This document shows, one piece after another, positions 25,340-37,400 of a DNA stretch of 64,000 nucleotides; positions within the stretch are counted from its first letter, which is position 1, and each line of letters opens with the position of its first letter. Position numbers and translations under genes: made by a program. The DNA is from Okamejei kenojei (lineage: Eukaryota). Below the pieces are notes generated by a model. That model had not been told where the DNA came from and searched no databases. It was given only the letters and a program-made list of their open reading frames with translations. The stretch lies in assembly GCA_035221665.1 (NCBI GenBank), contig CM069132.1, forward strand, positions 83,080,001 through 83,144,000. The letters run 5' to 3'.

Positions 25340-27262
25340 CTGCAAATCAACAGGTTTATTCTGTCATGGCATGGGTGACTTTCGCCTTTCACAGGATGAA
25401 CCAGTAAACTTTACAGATTTAGTGTTTAGAGATTGGAATACATGGTTCCATGACCATGTCGAGTACCACAAGAAACCATGGCTGAGTAGGCCAGTCGGGT
25501 ACTACCAAAATACCCGACGCGGAGTCTTGTTGTATTTTTCGCAAGACCCGATTGATGAGGCAGAAGGGGGGAAATGCATAGAAAAACAATTCCCCCCCAG
25601 TGTAGCGATAAAGCATCCATCGCTACTGCCCTAGGGTCTGGTTCCCATGTAACATATGTTGGTATCTGGTGATTAAGTCTGGATGCGAAAAGGTCGATAT
25701 CTAGCATTCCATACCGAGCTACAATGTCGGTAAATACTTGGTGGTCCAACATCCATTCGGTGTTGTCATTGAATTTACGTGACCGGTGTCTGCCACTGTA
25801 TTTAGCTTACCTGGAAGGTAAGTAGCTGATATCCAAATGTTTCTTTTGATGCATCAGTGTCAGATTGTATTGACCAATTCATCACAAGATATCGACTAAA
25901 TTCCACCCATATGATTAATATATGTCACCAAGGTGTTAATATCAATTTGTAGGCGAACATGCACATGTCTGAACAGTAAGCCGAAGTCCGTGGAACGCTC
26001 CCAACATCTCTAGATGATTGATACCCAGTGCCTGACGTAAGGTAAATTCATGTGCATTCCATCTACCATCGCAACTGGAGGTGGTATTGGTTGCTCCCCA
26101 CCCGTGAGCGCCGGCGTCAGTTTGTAACACAACTGATGGATTTGTGACTATGATGGGATTAGAGCAATGTTGAGTATTGTTAATCCACCATTGCAACTCC
26201 AATTTTGCTTTGGCTGGTAACTGCATTGGCCTGTCAAAATGGCCAGAATGGTATTTGAGTGCTTCAATCTTGGCCCTCTATAAATTTTGGTAATGTAATG
26301 GTCCAAATTGTGTGGCTGGGAAGGCAGCCACGAGCTTCCCAATTAACCTGGCTACTTGTCAAATAGATGGTTGACTGACGCAAAGAAGGCTGCTGCATGC
26401 CTCTATTAAGTCTGTTGCTTGTCCTTTGGCAAAGTGACAGACATGTGAACAGAGTCAATTGTGAACCCCAAGTAGTCAATAGTCATAGAAGGCATTAACA
26501 TTGATTTATCTGGATGGATAATAAACCCCAATTTTTGAAATAGGAGCTCGGTGGCTGAGGCAGCCAATTTGGCCAACTCCAGAGATTTCCCGACAATTAT
26601 GATGTCATTCAGATATGCCATGACAATATGTTTTTGTTTCCGGAGAAACGCCGAGGCTGGTTTCAATATTTTAGTGAAGTCTGGGGCTGATGTTAATCCA
26701 TTAGGCAGCGCCTTATACTACCAGAGCTGCCCCAAACAGTTAAATTTCAGATATCTGCGGTGATCTTTCTCTATTAGTACTGAATAGTATGCATCTTTTA
26801 AATCAATGCAAGCCATGAAGTATCTCTTGGAAACTAGTCGGTTGGCAGTAACAATGGTTTCCATTTTGAAGTGGGTATACTGCACAAAAGTATTCAGCTG
26901 TGTCAAATCAACGATGATGCACATCAACCATCTCTTTTTGTTTTTGTGAAGATATTTGACACAAACTCAAGAGATTTGTGTTTGGTTTTCTCAATTACTC
27001 CTTTTGTATGTAATCTTAACAGTTCTGCATGACCTTCCAATCTTTCTTTTTGTGAAAGCATGAACATTCGGCTAGGTGCATGCTGAACCGGAAGGAGGAG
27101 TTTGTGAACAAATTCAATTTTGTATCCCTGGATACTTTGCAGTATAAAAGGATCAGAAGTTATGGAACTCCATGCATTTCTAAACAAGTGTAACCTTCCC
27201 CCAGTCTGTGATGAACTTACACATGCTATGTTCCAGAAGAAACCAGACCCACCTACCTCCAT
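25333..27262 (-). pseudogene. DIRS-B pol (RT, RNase H, MTase)
   Basis: MEVGGSG..GGRLHLF, HFKME, CIDLKDAYY, AYLND, LQTDA, DIDLFASRLN, YAFPPF, VPDWPTQPWF; frameshifted. Confidence 0.92.
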
Positions 27263-29603
27263 GGTTACCGGTGGTGCTGTGTTGGTTTCTTCTGTCCTTG
27301 TTTCTTGGGGGTTGGAGGCGCTGGGGTGTGGGGTTGGCACATCTTCCATGAAGGCCGTTCTGGGCCATGGTCCAAAAAAGACCTTTGTCCTGAATGTACG
27401 GCCTTGGAGCTTTCACCAGCTGTTGCTCTTTCATTGTAGTAATGTGGTTTGCTGGTGGATGCGTAGGGGTGCTGCCGCCGATGATACGAGGTCTTCACAG
27501 GCAAGTCAAGGGAAAACACAGTTCTCTGGTGCTAAATATTTAGCAGCCATGTCACTCATGGCCTGTTCCTGCATTTGGTTGGTGGTGAGGTAGTTTATGC
27601 TGGCCGCCAGCTGCGGCTGTAATGGCAGTCCCTTTTGCGAAGGCATTGCGAATTTGGAGACCATGCTGAGTAGCTCTTGTTGTTCCTGCCCCCTTAGCAT
27701 GCTGGAAGAGTCTTCAGCCAAATCCCCCTATTCCGAGTCAGTCCAGAATTGACTCCTTATGGTGCGCATGCGTGCTGGCGGGGTCTTCACTTAGTCACTC
27801 ACGTGACTCCGATGTAAAATAACATCAAATGTGTTTATACTGCAGAGTATTCAAGGGTTTAAAATTGAATTTATTTCCAACCTGTGTCCACCCACCAAAC
27901 GCAAACCAAAACGGGCACTCATCTTCTCACACAGAGAATTTGATGATCCAAGCTGAAATAGCAAAATTATGCCTCAAGGGAGTAATTGAGAAGACAATTT
28001 ATCAAACTCATTAATTTGTGTCAAATATGTTTCCTAAACCTAAGAAGGATGGTGGGTGTCGGATTATTTTAGACCTAACAGGACTTAATCCGTTTGTGCA
28101 GTATCCACATTTTAAAATGGAAACGTTTGCTACTGCCAAGCAATTGCTTTCCATGGCATGTATAGATCTCCAGGATGCGCATTATGCAGTGCCTGTCCAT
28201 AAAGACTATTGCAGATATTTGAAATTTAGCTGCATGGGACAATTATGGCAATTTTGAGTTCTACCTAATGTATTAACCTCAGCCCCTCGCCTATTTACAA
28301 AGTACTTGGGTTATTACAGCCACAAGGCCATATTATCATGGCCTATTTGGATGACATTCTATTGAAAACACCTTTGACGCAGCTGAGTTATCAGTTTCAG
28401 CTGTTCAACTCATGGTGCAGAGGCTAGGATTCATTGTCCACCCAGTTAAATCAAAATTGGTGCTGGTTAACCTAATTGGCTCTCTGGGATTCACAGTTAA
28501 TTCCAATCACATGTCTGTGACCCTGCCCCAGGGCAAGATAGTAGATTTAATTGAAGTCTGTATCAAGCTCTTGAGGGAGCAATCATCCTCAATTAAACAG
28601 GTCGCCAGCTTAATTGGTAAATTGGTAGCTGCCTTTCCAGCAGTCCAATATGGACCTTTGCACTACCAATATTTACAGTGGGCAAAGGTACAGGCACTGA
28701 GAATACATGCAAGTCATTACAATCGGCCCATGCACTTACCATCTGAAGCTATTGCAGAGGTACAGTGGTGGATTAGAAACATTTTAAATTGTTATGGCAC
28801 AATTTGACCGAAGCACCTTCACTTATTTTACAGACTGATGTTAGTGCTCTAGGTTGGGGTGCTACTGATACCAGGTCTAGCTGTGGAGGCAGATGGGATA
28901 TGCATGAGGCACAGATTCGCCAATTGCATGGAATAAATTATTTAGAACTTTTAGGAGCATTTAATGGGTTTAAAGCTTATTGTACCACTAAGCATCACTT
29001 ACATGTTCAGCTGCAGATTGACAACACCAAGGCAGTGCCGTATGTCAATCACATGGGTGGAATCAAGTCTAAATCTTGTGATGGAATGACCTACATTACT
29101 TGGCACTGGTGCATTAAAAAGAATATTTGGATTTCAGCTGTCTACTTACCAGGCAGACTCAATATGGTGGCAGACAACAGGTCATGTAACTTCAACAACA
29201 ACACCAAGTGGATGTTGAATCAGGATGTATTTAAAGAAATTGTCAGATGCCAGATATTAATTTGTTGCATCCAGACTTAATCACCAGGTACCGAAGTATG
29301 TTTCATGGGAACCAGACCCAGGGGCAGTGGCAGTGAATGCATTCTCATTGTACTGGGGTGGAATGTTTTTATATGCTTTTCCCCCTTCTGCCTCATCAGT
29401 CGGTGCCTGACTAAGATCAAGCAGGACTCCGCTACAGGGGTTTTGGTGGTACCCAACTGGCCTACACAGCCATGGTTCCCGCTCATTTCGGACATAATAA
29501 CACACCCTATTATAGGGGTTCCAAAACGCAAAAATGTATTGGTGCACCCTGTCACTGGGGATCCACACCCATTGAATGATCGAGTCAATTTGTTGATTTG
29601 CAG

Positions 29604-30575
29604 ATTTTAAGAAGGCCGTACCTGGGTCTGGGACTATCCGATCAGACTGTGGATATCATCACATCATCCTGGAGGGATAGTACAAAAAGGCAATACATCT
29701 CCCATATCAGGAAATGAGAGAGCTTTTGCTTCCATAGGAACATTACTTACCATACAGCCTCCATCCCAGATGTGCTAGAATTTCTATCCCACTTACATTT
29801 CAATGCAGGGTTGAGTTATAGTGCTATCAACAGTGCCAGGAGTGCCCTGTCATCATACCTATGACGAGGGTCAGGGCTCCAGCTGCTAGGATCTCACCAG
29901 TTAATCCCATGATTCATGAAGGGAGTGTTTAATTTGAATCCTCCTAGGCCTAGGTACTCTGAAATCTGAGATGTGAGCGTGGTACTCACGGTGCTCCGTC
30001 AATGGGGAACAGCCACATCTTTGTCCTTACCAAAGATCACCCTCAAGTTGGTTATGCTCATGGCGCTTACATCAGCGCACAGGGTTCACACTCTCCACAA
30101 ATTGCGTCAGGGCAGGATGTCACAAAATGACGTTACATTTCATATCTATGACTTACTCAAACAGAGCAGACCAGGGGTGTCCGGATACAAGCTTGTATTG
30201 TCAGCTTATCCCACAGATTCATGGCTGTGTGTAGTGGAGCACTTGAAGCATTATATTGATGTCACGAAGAGCCTCATAGGCTCTGAGGTAGCACTATTTA
30301 TAAGCCATAGAAAGCCACATATGCAAGTGTCATCTCAGACCATTTCACGATGGCTGAAGCAAGTCCTGGGGTGTGCAGGAGTTAATACTGAAAATTTTAA
30401 ATCTCACTCCACCAGGGAGGCATCAACGTCAGCGGCGAGGGCAATGGACATCCCTCTAGACCATATCCTCCCATCCGCAGGATGGTCAATTGAATTGACT
30501 TTTCAGAGGTTCTACAATATGCCGCTTGCTGAATCTGGGGTGTTTGCCCATTCTGTGTTAAATTTTGCTTCATAG
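29604..30575 (+). pseudogene. DIRS-A tyrosine recombinase
   Basis: ILRRPYLGLGLSDQT..STKRQY; ALTSAHRVHTL, KSHSTR, AGWS..TFQRFY; in-frame stops in the N-terminal part. Confidence 0.92.
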
Positions 30576-30792
30576 CTTCTCCCTGGGAGAGAGGAGTCAC
30601 TATTATATTATTTGGTGTTATTTGTGAATTAAAACATTAACATGTTAATCAATATCATGATTCAATGTTGTTACTAATTCACTCCTCCTGAGTCAACTGC
30701 TTGCAGTGTGAAACGCCTGGATTTGGATCGGCGTGATATCACAGACCTTTAAAATCTTCATGGAATCACTCACGTGACTCCGAAGTAAAATA

Positions 30793-31086
30793 GTAAGATT
30801 AAACGAGAACTTACCAGTTTGAAGTTTGATCTTTATTTTATGAGGAGTTACGATGAGCGATTACGTGCCCACCGCTCCCAACCCTCATATCACAAAGCTC
30901 ATCTGGTAGTTCTATGGCTATAATCTTACTATAATACTACAATTGTTGATTTTCTGTGATTTCACACCGCTGCTTTGAAGATTGACGCACATGCCGACTG
31001 GCGGGGTTCTTCACGTAATCGCTCATCGTAACTCCTCATAAAATAAAGATCAAACTTCAAACTGGTAAGTTCTCGTTTAATCTTAC
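30793..31086. repeat. Perfect 75-bp inverted repeat (DIRS-A ICR arm 30793-30867 vs 3' terminal arm 31012-31086)
   Basis: Manual base-by-base comparison gives 75/75 complementary. Confidence 0.95.
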
Positions 31087-31273
31087 AATTTCAGACAGCG
31101 CTCCCCCGCATTCCCTGCCCCCCACCTTTGCAATGTGTTTGTGTGTGTTCCACTTCCCGGTTTTTCAGCGAATGCCACGAGCATGACACTCGCCGGCAGT
31201 CTGCTGAAAAATCGCCTGTGGGACTGGCCCTTAAATCTTCCAGATCAGAACAAGTTAGTACTTGGTAAAAATA

Positions 31274-31592
31274 GTTTTAGTTTAGTTTAGTTTAGTTTAG
31301 TGATACAGCTAGGAAACAGGCCTTTCGGCATACAGAGTTTGCACCGGCCAGCGATCCTCGCACACTTACACTATCCTACACACACAAGAGACAATTTACG
31401 ATTATACCCAGCCAATTAACCTACAAACCTGTATACCTTTGGAGTGTGGGAGGAAACCATAGATTCCGGAGAAAACCCACGCAGGTCACGGAGGGAACGT
31501 ACAAACTCTGTAGAGACTTGCGCCGCTGGTCAGGATCGAACCCGGGTCTCTGGCGCTGTAAGGCAGCAACTCTACAGCTACACCACAGTGCC
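31274..31592 (-). mobile_element. HE1/V-SINE-like tRNA-derived SINE, near full length
   Basis: (TTTAG)n tail and ggtcaggatcgaacccgggtctctggcgctgtaaggcagcaactctac tRNA-like head (antisense). Confidence 0.88.
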
Positions 31593-32397
31593 TCCCTAGT
31601 ACTAGAACAGGTTGGGGCAAAAGCAGCATGATGAGACAGAGGGCAAGATCCGGTACAATCATTCCATCGCTATTTGTGGGACCTTTCTGTCTACCTATTG
31701 ACTGCCATGTTTTCTATAATATTTATTATGTGGAAATGTTTCAAAAGTGTTTGACAGTAAAGCTTTTTGGATATCATGAAGAAAACATAAAATATTCAAC
31801 AGATTAGTAAAAATGTTTATTATTTTAAATAGCGTCAACCTTTTTAAAAAGCAGTTTGTAAAGAGCATCCTAAAGTAGGTAGAGAGGGAGAGAATTTGAG
31901 AGATTAAGCCCTTAAGGCAGCTACGAAAGGTATGGTCGGGAACACAGAAATGATTCAAATCAAGGATATTTAGGGGGTCAGACAGGAGGGGCACTGATAT
32001 CCTCGAAGGTTTTTAGTCTGAAGAGCATTGTAGAGGGACATGGAAGGTGGGCGGATCATGGACGGATTTGCATTGAAATGTGAACATTTTTAATCAGTAT
32101 GTTGCTAAATTGGAAGGGACTACAGATCAAAAGCTTTGCGATATAGTGGGGCCTAGGATTTAATATGAGCAGCAGAATTTTGGATCAGCTTGAGTGATGG
32201 AAGATGGGAAGATGGTCAGGAATGTGTGGGACTAATCAAGTCCAAGGCAAGTAAGGAAAGGATGAGATTTTTTAGAAGCATAGTTAGATAACGTTGCAGA
32301 GGTGGAAACGTTGCTTGTGATAATACAGATATGAGCCTGCATGCTGAACATTTGGTGTCAAATACTCCACCAAAATTACAAACAATGTTTCTATTTC

Positions 32398-32612
32398 AGA
32401 CATAAAAAGCTGTAGTAACTCAGCGGGACAGGCAGCAACTCTGGAGAGAAGGAATGGGTGACATTTTTGGTCGAGAATCTTCTTCACCAATTCGGTCTCA
32501 ACCTGAAATGACAACCATTCCTTTTCTCCAGAGATGCTGCCAGTCTCGCTGAGTTACTTCAGCTTTTTATGTCTATCTTCGGTATAATCCAGCATCTGCA
32601 GTTCCTTCCTAC
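32398..32612. mobile_element. Palindromic Penelope-terminus-derived repeat
   Basis: Inverted arms of ~80 bp (agacataaaaagctg..actcagcgggacaggcagc / gctgcc..cgctgagttac..agctttttatgtct); similar structures at ~48735-48875 and ~61920-62125. Confidence 0.7.
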
Positions 32613-33792
32613 ATATTTCTATCTCAGACCTTTGCTTCTTTACATAGAAAGTATCCTGATACCAATTCCCAAGCCACATTTTGTTAGTTTGAGGATCAGC
32701 CATGTGTCAGATCAAAGCGGGGAGAAGCTTCCCTTTCTTGATAATCAGTGGAACTAAACGTTGTCCTTCCCTTTCAACTCACTGGCAAAAATCTTAAAAC
32801 ACTAATTCTCGTTTTCATTCTCATTTTCACGAGAGGTACTATTTTCTTTATCTTGAGGTCCTTATTTACAAATACATGCATATTAATAGGCTTAGTAGAA
32901 GGCTGCTTTGGATATAAGCACCATTCCTTGCCACTTAATATAGAGGAAGTAAAGTTACATTTGACCAAATAACATATTGATTATTAACCTTTGCTTATGT
33001 TCTGTCTTCACAAATCTTATCCGATCAATATGTTATTCTACGAACTAAGATGGAATATTTGCGCACTTCCAAAATCAGTTCTTTCATCACTGCTATGCAT
33101 ATACCGTGCTCTATTTGTCTCACAACATGAATCCTTTCATCCATTTATTGAAAGAAAAACTTGCATTTAAATAGCACATACAATATTATGTCTCTTTTTA
33201 GATATTTCAACACCTTTGGAAACATTACTGTAATTTTTAAATGCATTGAAAGTTGTGATTTAGAAAATGTGAGGGCCAATTCATGTACATCAAAAATCTA
33301 CTTACAGTGATGTGATAATGATGCAATAACCTGTCATAGAAATATTAATTGAGATAAAAACATTGGTACGGATATTGGGAATGGTCTTTATCTTTAACAT
33401 TTTGACAGAAGGAAACAGAAGGGGTCTTGGTATCTAACTGCATCTGAAAAAACACCACCACTGACAGTGCCTTGTTTGTTCAGTACTAAAACTGAGCATC
33501 AGAATCAATTTTGTTTGTGAACCTGCAGACTTTCAACTCAGGCACAAGTTTCATAAAAGGTATTCTCTATGTTGTGGAACCCTATGCCAGATTTGTGACA
33601 TGGAATGTCTTCCTTCCCATACATTTCTTCTTTTCAATACATTAGAGAAAATTGTTTCTTACTTTCCAAGTGGAATTTTCTGCAACATCTTAGGCAGTAC
33701 CCTGGGGCTCCGAATTCTACTTTATTATTGTGGATATTGAGGTGACTGACGAGGTTAATGTGGAACCTAGAGGCATTCCCAGATGAGGCACT

Positions 33793-34008
33793 CATCTTAG
33801 AATTCCCAGCTCTCCCACAGAATTAGAATTCCCTACTTTCCCACAGAATTAGAATTCCCAGCTCTCCCACAGTGTCCACCTCTTCCTTTCTTCTTCCCCC
33901 CCAACCCCCACATCAGTCTGAAGAAGGGTCTCGACCCAAAACATCACCTATTCCTTCGCTCCATAGATGCTGCCTCTCCCGATGAGTTTCTCCAGCATTT
34001 CTGTCTAC
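33793..34008 (+). mobile_element. Penelope-like terminal fragment with 3x26-bp tandem repeat, flanked by a 15-bp TSD
   Basis: CCCAGATGAGGCACT at 33778-33792 and 34009-34023; cagtctgaagaagggtctcgacccaaaac motif inside. Confidence 0.8.
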
Positions 34009-34104
34009 CCCAGATGAGGCACTGACAGGCACATCATTTTTGAGATAGCACCACCTTTACACCATTTGTGCTGGCCTTCTGCGTACCACTGATGAAGAAA
34101 TTTG

Positions 34105-34235
34105 TGTCAGGGGTTATGGGGAGAAGGCAGGAGATTGGGGCTAAGAGGAAAAGATAGATCAGCCATGATTGAATGGGGGTGTAGACTTAATGGACCAAAT
34201 GGCCTAATTCAGCTCGATAACTTATGAATTTATGA
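34105..34235 (+). mobile_element. CR1 LINE 3' tail
   Basis: ggggttatggggagaaggcagga..agatcagccatgattgaatgg..ggcctaattc..ttatga. Confidence 0.75.
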
Positions 34236-34329
34236 ATGGGATTGTCAATACAATTCTGATGCTCGTTCATGATGCTTGTGCAATCATGGGCCAGATATTC
34301 TCATGAGTCAGATGGGATATTACATTTAT

Positions 34330-34570
34330 TTCAGTGGATTCCTCTGTGCTGGTAATCTCATGACATGATGGAGCTTGGAATATTCTTCAGGAGTCTGATT
34401 GTAGGGATGTGAAGGATGTGGCCTGCCCATCTGAATTAATTCGGTGTAATTTGAATTTCAAAGAGAGGTTGTTTATCCTGCATTTGGGAGGCTTTGCAGA
34501 GATTATATTGGTGTAGTCTTAGAAGTGTGTAGGAGGGCAAGTATTACTGTTACTTGTTAGACAATGAACC
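34330..34570 (-). pseudogene. Old RTE-clade LINE fragment
   Basis: The minus strand encodes ..RWAGHILHIPTIRLLKNI, similar to the RTE C-terminal RWAGHV.RM...RLPK motif. Confidence 0.5.
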
Positions 34571-35183
34571 ATCATGGGAATACAACCACTGTAATAAAAT
34601 TTGACTGAGAGTTTTCCATTTACACGTAGCCTACTTTATAATCAATTGCTCCACACATTGTAAAACAAAATCCACCAGGTTCTGGGACTCTCCATCAATT
34701 ATTTTAGAATGCAGGTATGTTAACATATTCTTCAAAAAAGATCATTTAGAATTAGCAAGGAAATGAATTATCCATTTGGATATTGAAAATAAAATTATAT
34801 GAGAGCAATTACCTTCTGGCTGTAACTCTCTTGGTGTCACTTGCTTCACTTGCTGAATGATCAGCCATCCATGCACTGCCTTCCATCTGACATGGAATTA
34901 CTTGTCACTTTCTACCTGATGTACGGCTGCAATTGTCTGCAGGACGGCCCTCCTAATTTCTGAAGCTGATCTTCATTCACAATTCGGTCAATTCATAACA
35001 TTGAAATTGCTCATTCCATTTTGGTTCAGTTTCATCTTCACAGAGCTGACCAGACATGCCCACAATGAGTGGGTGTACTCCCTTTGTGTGCATGGATGTT
35101 TTAATGGACAAATAAAGATAGGGTAGCACAATGTTATCCTCCTACATTAGTAATTTAAAAGTGCAAATTAATGATCTACAGAC

Positions 35184-35477
35184 AGGGCGGCACAGTGGTG
35201 CAGTGGTAGAGTTGCTGCCTTACAATGCCAGAAACCTGGGTTTGATCCTGGCTATGGGTGCAGTCCATATGGCGTTTGTTTGTTCTCCCTGTGAGAGCAT
35301 GGGTTTCCTCTGGGTGATCTGGTTTACTCCCATATTCCAAAGACGTGCATGTTTGCAGGTTAATTGGCTACGATAAATTGTCCCTCGTGTGTAGTCAAAA
35401 CTGGAATTAGTTAGTGTTGGTCAGCTCAAACTCAGTGGAATGGAGGACTTGTTTTCATGATGTATCTCTAAACTAAA
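35184..35477 (+). mobile_element. HE1/V-SINE-like SINE
   Basis: gggcggcacagtggtgcagtggtagagttgctgccttaca head and tgtatctctaaactaaa tail. Confidence 0.85.
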
Positions 35478-37049
35478 GATTAGTTTGAATACCATTCATT
35501 ATGACAGTGGGTAATTTAATATAGTTCTATTTAATTGAAAGACAATTCCAAACTTAATATTTGTAATGATTGCTATGTAATAATTACATTTAAAAAGATT
35601 CTGTTTTACTAACTCATGTCTCAAACTCAGTCCAAATGGGTACCAAGGGATGGAATGTAGTGATGATGCAAGACCTGTAGTTAAACGGTGAACTGGACCA
35701 GTCTCTACTAACAGACTATAGAATGTTCCTGACCAAAGCATTGCCTGTCCATGTTCTCCAGGAACGTTGACTGATCTGCTGCGTTACCTCAGCACTTGTG
35801 GAGTTATTTTTCTATTCACAGTTTTCAGAAGAGTGAGGTGATTTCATTTGAAGCATAAGTTTCCATTATAGGGATAGATGCTGAGTGGTAGTTATTCCCC
35901 ATATTGGAAAATCTAGGACTAAGGACCATAGTCACAGGACAATGTTTAGGATGGAGATGAGGTTCATCACTCAACAGTGAACCGTTGAAATTCTTTACCC
36001 CCTGAGGGTGATATATTATCAAGTCTTAGACATATATGTCAGGTTAGGAAAGGGGAAATATGTGGTAAGCTGATTGGATGGGAAAGTGCACTGGTCAAGA
36101 TTCAACTATAATCTTACTGAATGACAGGGAAGATTTGAGGAACCATTTTCCCTACTTCTTATCCCTTTTAAAAAAAACCTTCTTATGCTTTTATGTGGTA
36201 GCTTGTGCCTTCATACAGCAAGAACAGGATAATATTTAAGGCAGAAATGATACCTAAATGTCCTCGGGACAGTTGATGATCTTCGCCAACAAGAGGCGCT
36301 CATAACCCTTCTTTGATATTCAGGTCCATTACCATTGCCCCATCAACATCCTGAGAGTCACCAATGACCAAAAATTAATCGAACCAGCTCCATAAATACC
36401 AGAGCTTAAAAGAAGGTCAGAATTTGGGATCATACAGTGAATACCTCACCTCTTGTCCTCACTGAGTTGTTTTTCTCCATAATCTATGAGACAGAAACAG
36501 GAAGTGCCAGAATATTTCTGGTTGCCTGGAAGACTCTTAGCACAAGAATTGATTAAACTTGACATTATCCAGATGAAAGCAGCCTGTCGATTGGCACCCC
36601 ACACACCACATTAAGGCTCAGAAATTGCTTTATTAATTTTAATAACATTATTTTACAGCACTGTCTGTTGTGCTAATGTTGTTTTAGAAGTCTCATGAAT
36701 GGAACAATTTATAAGTCTGTGGTTCCCTAAATAGCATTGTAGGTTTCTCTGCTTAACCATTGCACAGTGCTGATTTCACTTTCATTGCTGCCGGCATTAA
36801 GCCAACAAGCAGCCACCATGCCAGCCAGACATTAAAGGGATATGTCACGAGATAAGCTGGGCTTGTCTACTAACTAAGAGTTGCTCCTTAATGAATGAAT
36901 GAAAGTGTAATTGTGAATGCTGAACAGAGTATGTTTTCATGTGGTCAACAGATCCCGGACAGATTGATTAATAGCAGTCGCATAGGAACATCTTTTTTGT
37001 TTGAAGGTCTCATGAAGATTCTCCATGACTAGCCACTATCCAGGCTAGG

Positions 37050-37400
37050 TGTGGATAGAGTGGATGTGGAGAGGATGTTTTCACTAGTGGGAGAGTCTAG
37101 GGCCAGAGGTCATAGCCTCAGAATTCAAGCATGTCTCTTTAATAAGGAGATGAGTAGGAATTTATTTAGTCAGAGGGTTGTCAATCTGTGGAATTATTTG
37201 CCACAGAAGGCAGTGGAGGCCAAGTCAATGGATATTTTTAAGCGGAAATAGATAGATTCTTTATTATTATGGGTGTAGGAATTGTGGGGAGAAGGCAGGT
37301 GAATGGGGTTGAGAGGGGTAAAATAGATTAGCCATGATTGAATGGCAGAGTAGACTTGATGGGCCAAGTGGCCTAATTCTGCTTCTATCACATGAATTTA
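37050..37400 (+). mobile_element. CR1 LINE 3' end (ORF2 C-terminus plus UTR)
   Basis: DRVDVERMF..ESRARGHSLRI..F.KEM.RNLFSQRVVNLWN.LPQKAVEA. Confidence 0.88.

Larger units (their letters stand above)
23885..27820 (-). mobile_element. DIRS-B: second DIRS copy nested antisense in DIRS-A pol, with gag largely deleted
   Basis: Same terminal and ICR motifs on the minus strand (5' end at 27820; ICR ~24105-24217; 3' end at 23885); AAAAT at both junctions. Confidence 0.93.
23789..29610 (+). pseudogene. DIRS-A pol (RT, RNase H, Dam-like methyltransferase), split by DIRS-B
   Basis: MEVGGSG..GRLHRFLDEWYK|ITSNVFILQSIQGFK rejoins across the insertion; KKDGGCRIILDL, HFKME, CIDLQDA, YLDD, LQTD, INYLEL, QIDNT, VVPNWPTQPWF; multiple stops and frameshifts. 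Confidence 0.9.
22589..31091 (+). mobile_element. DIRS-A: DIRS-type tyrosine-recombinase retrotransposon, decayed, interrupted by DIRS-B
   Basis: 5' end ATTTTACTTCGGAGTCACGTGAGTGACT; ICR at ~30756-30867 complementary to both ends; gag, RT, RNase H, MTase and YR remnants; ATTT at both junctions. Confidence 0.93.
21953..31231. mobile_element. Non-autonomous DNA transposon (MITE, probably PIF/Harbinger) interrupted by DIRS-A; host parts 21953-22588 and 31092-31231
   Basis: TIR-like ends ggcctgtgccact...gtgggactggccc with TAA/TTA-type flanks; internal similarity to MITEs at 43873-47505. Confidence 0.75.

Noticed and set aside
24381-30575. Tyrosine recombinase and Dam-like ORFs as prophage or bacterial contamination
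   Set aside because: They are linked to DIRS RT/RNase H and ITR/ICR ends and embedded among vertebrate SINEs and LINEs.
31510-31592. tRNA-like sequences (also ~35185, ~60115, ~61050)
   Set aside because: They are SINE heads continuous with SINE bodies and tails, not tRNA genes.
34812-34870. Possible first coding exon on the minus strand (MADHSASEASDTKRVTAR|gtaatt)
   Set aside because: Weak Kozak context, no promoter evidence and no recognisable peptide; expected by chance.
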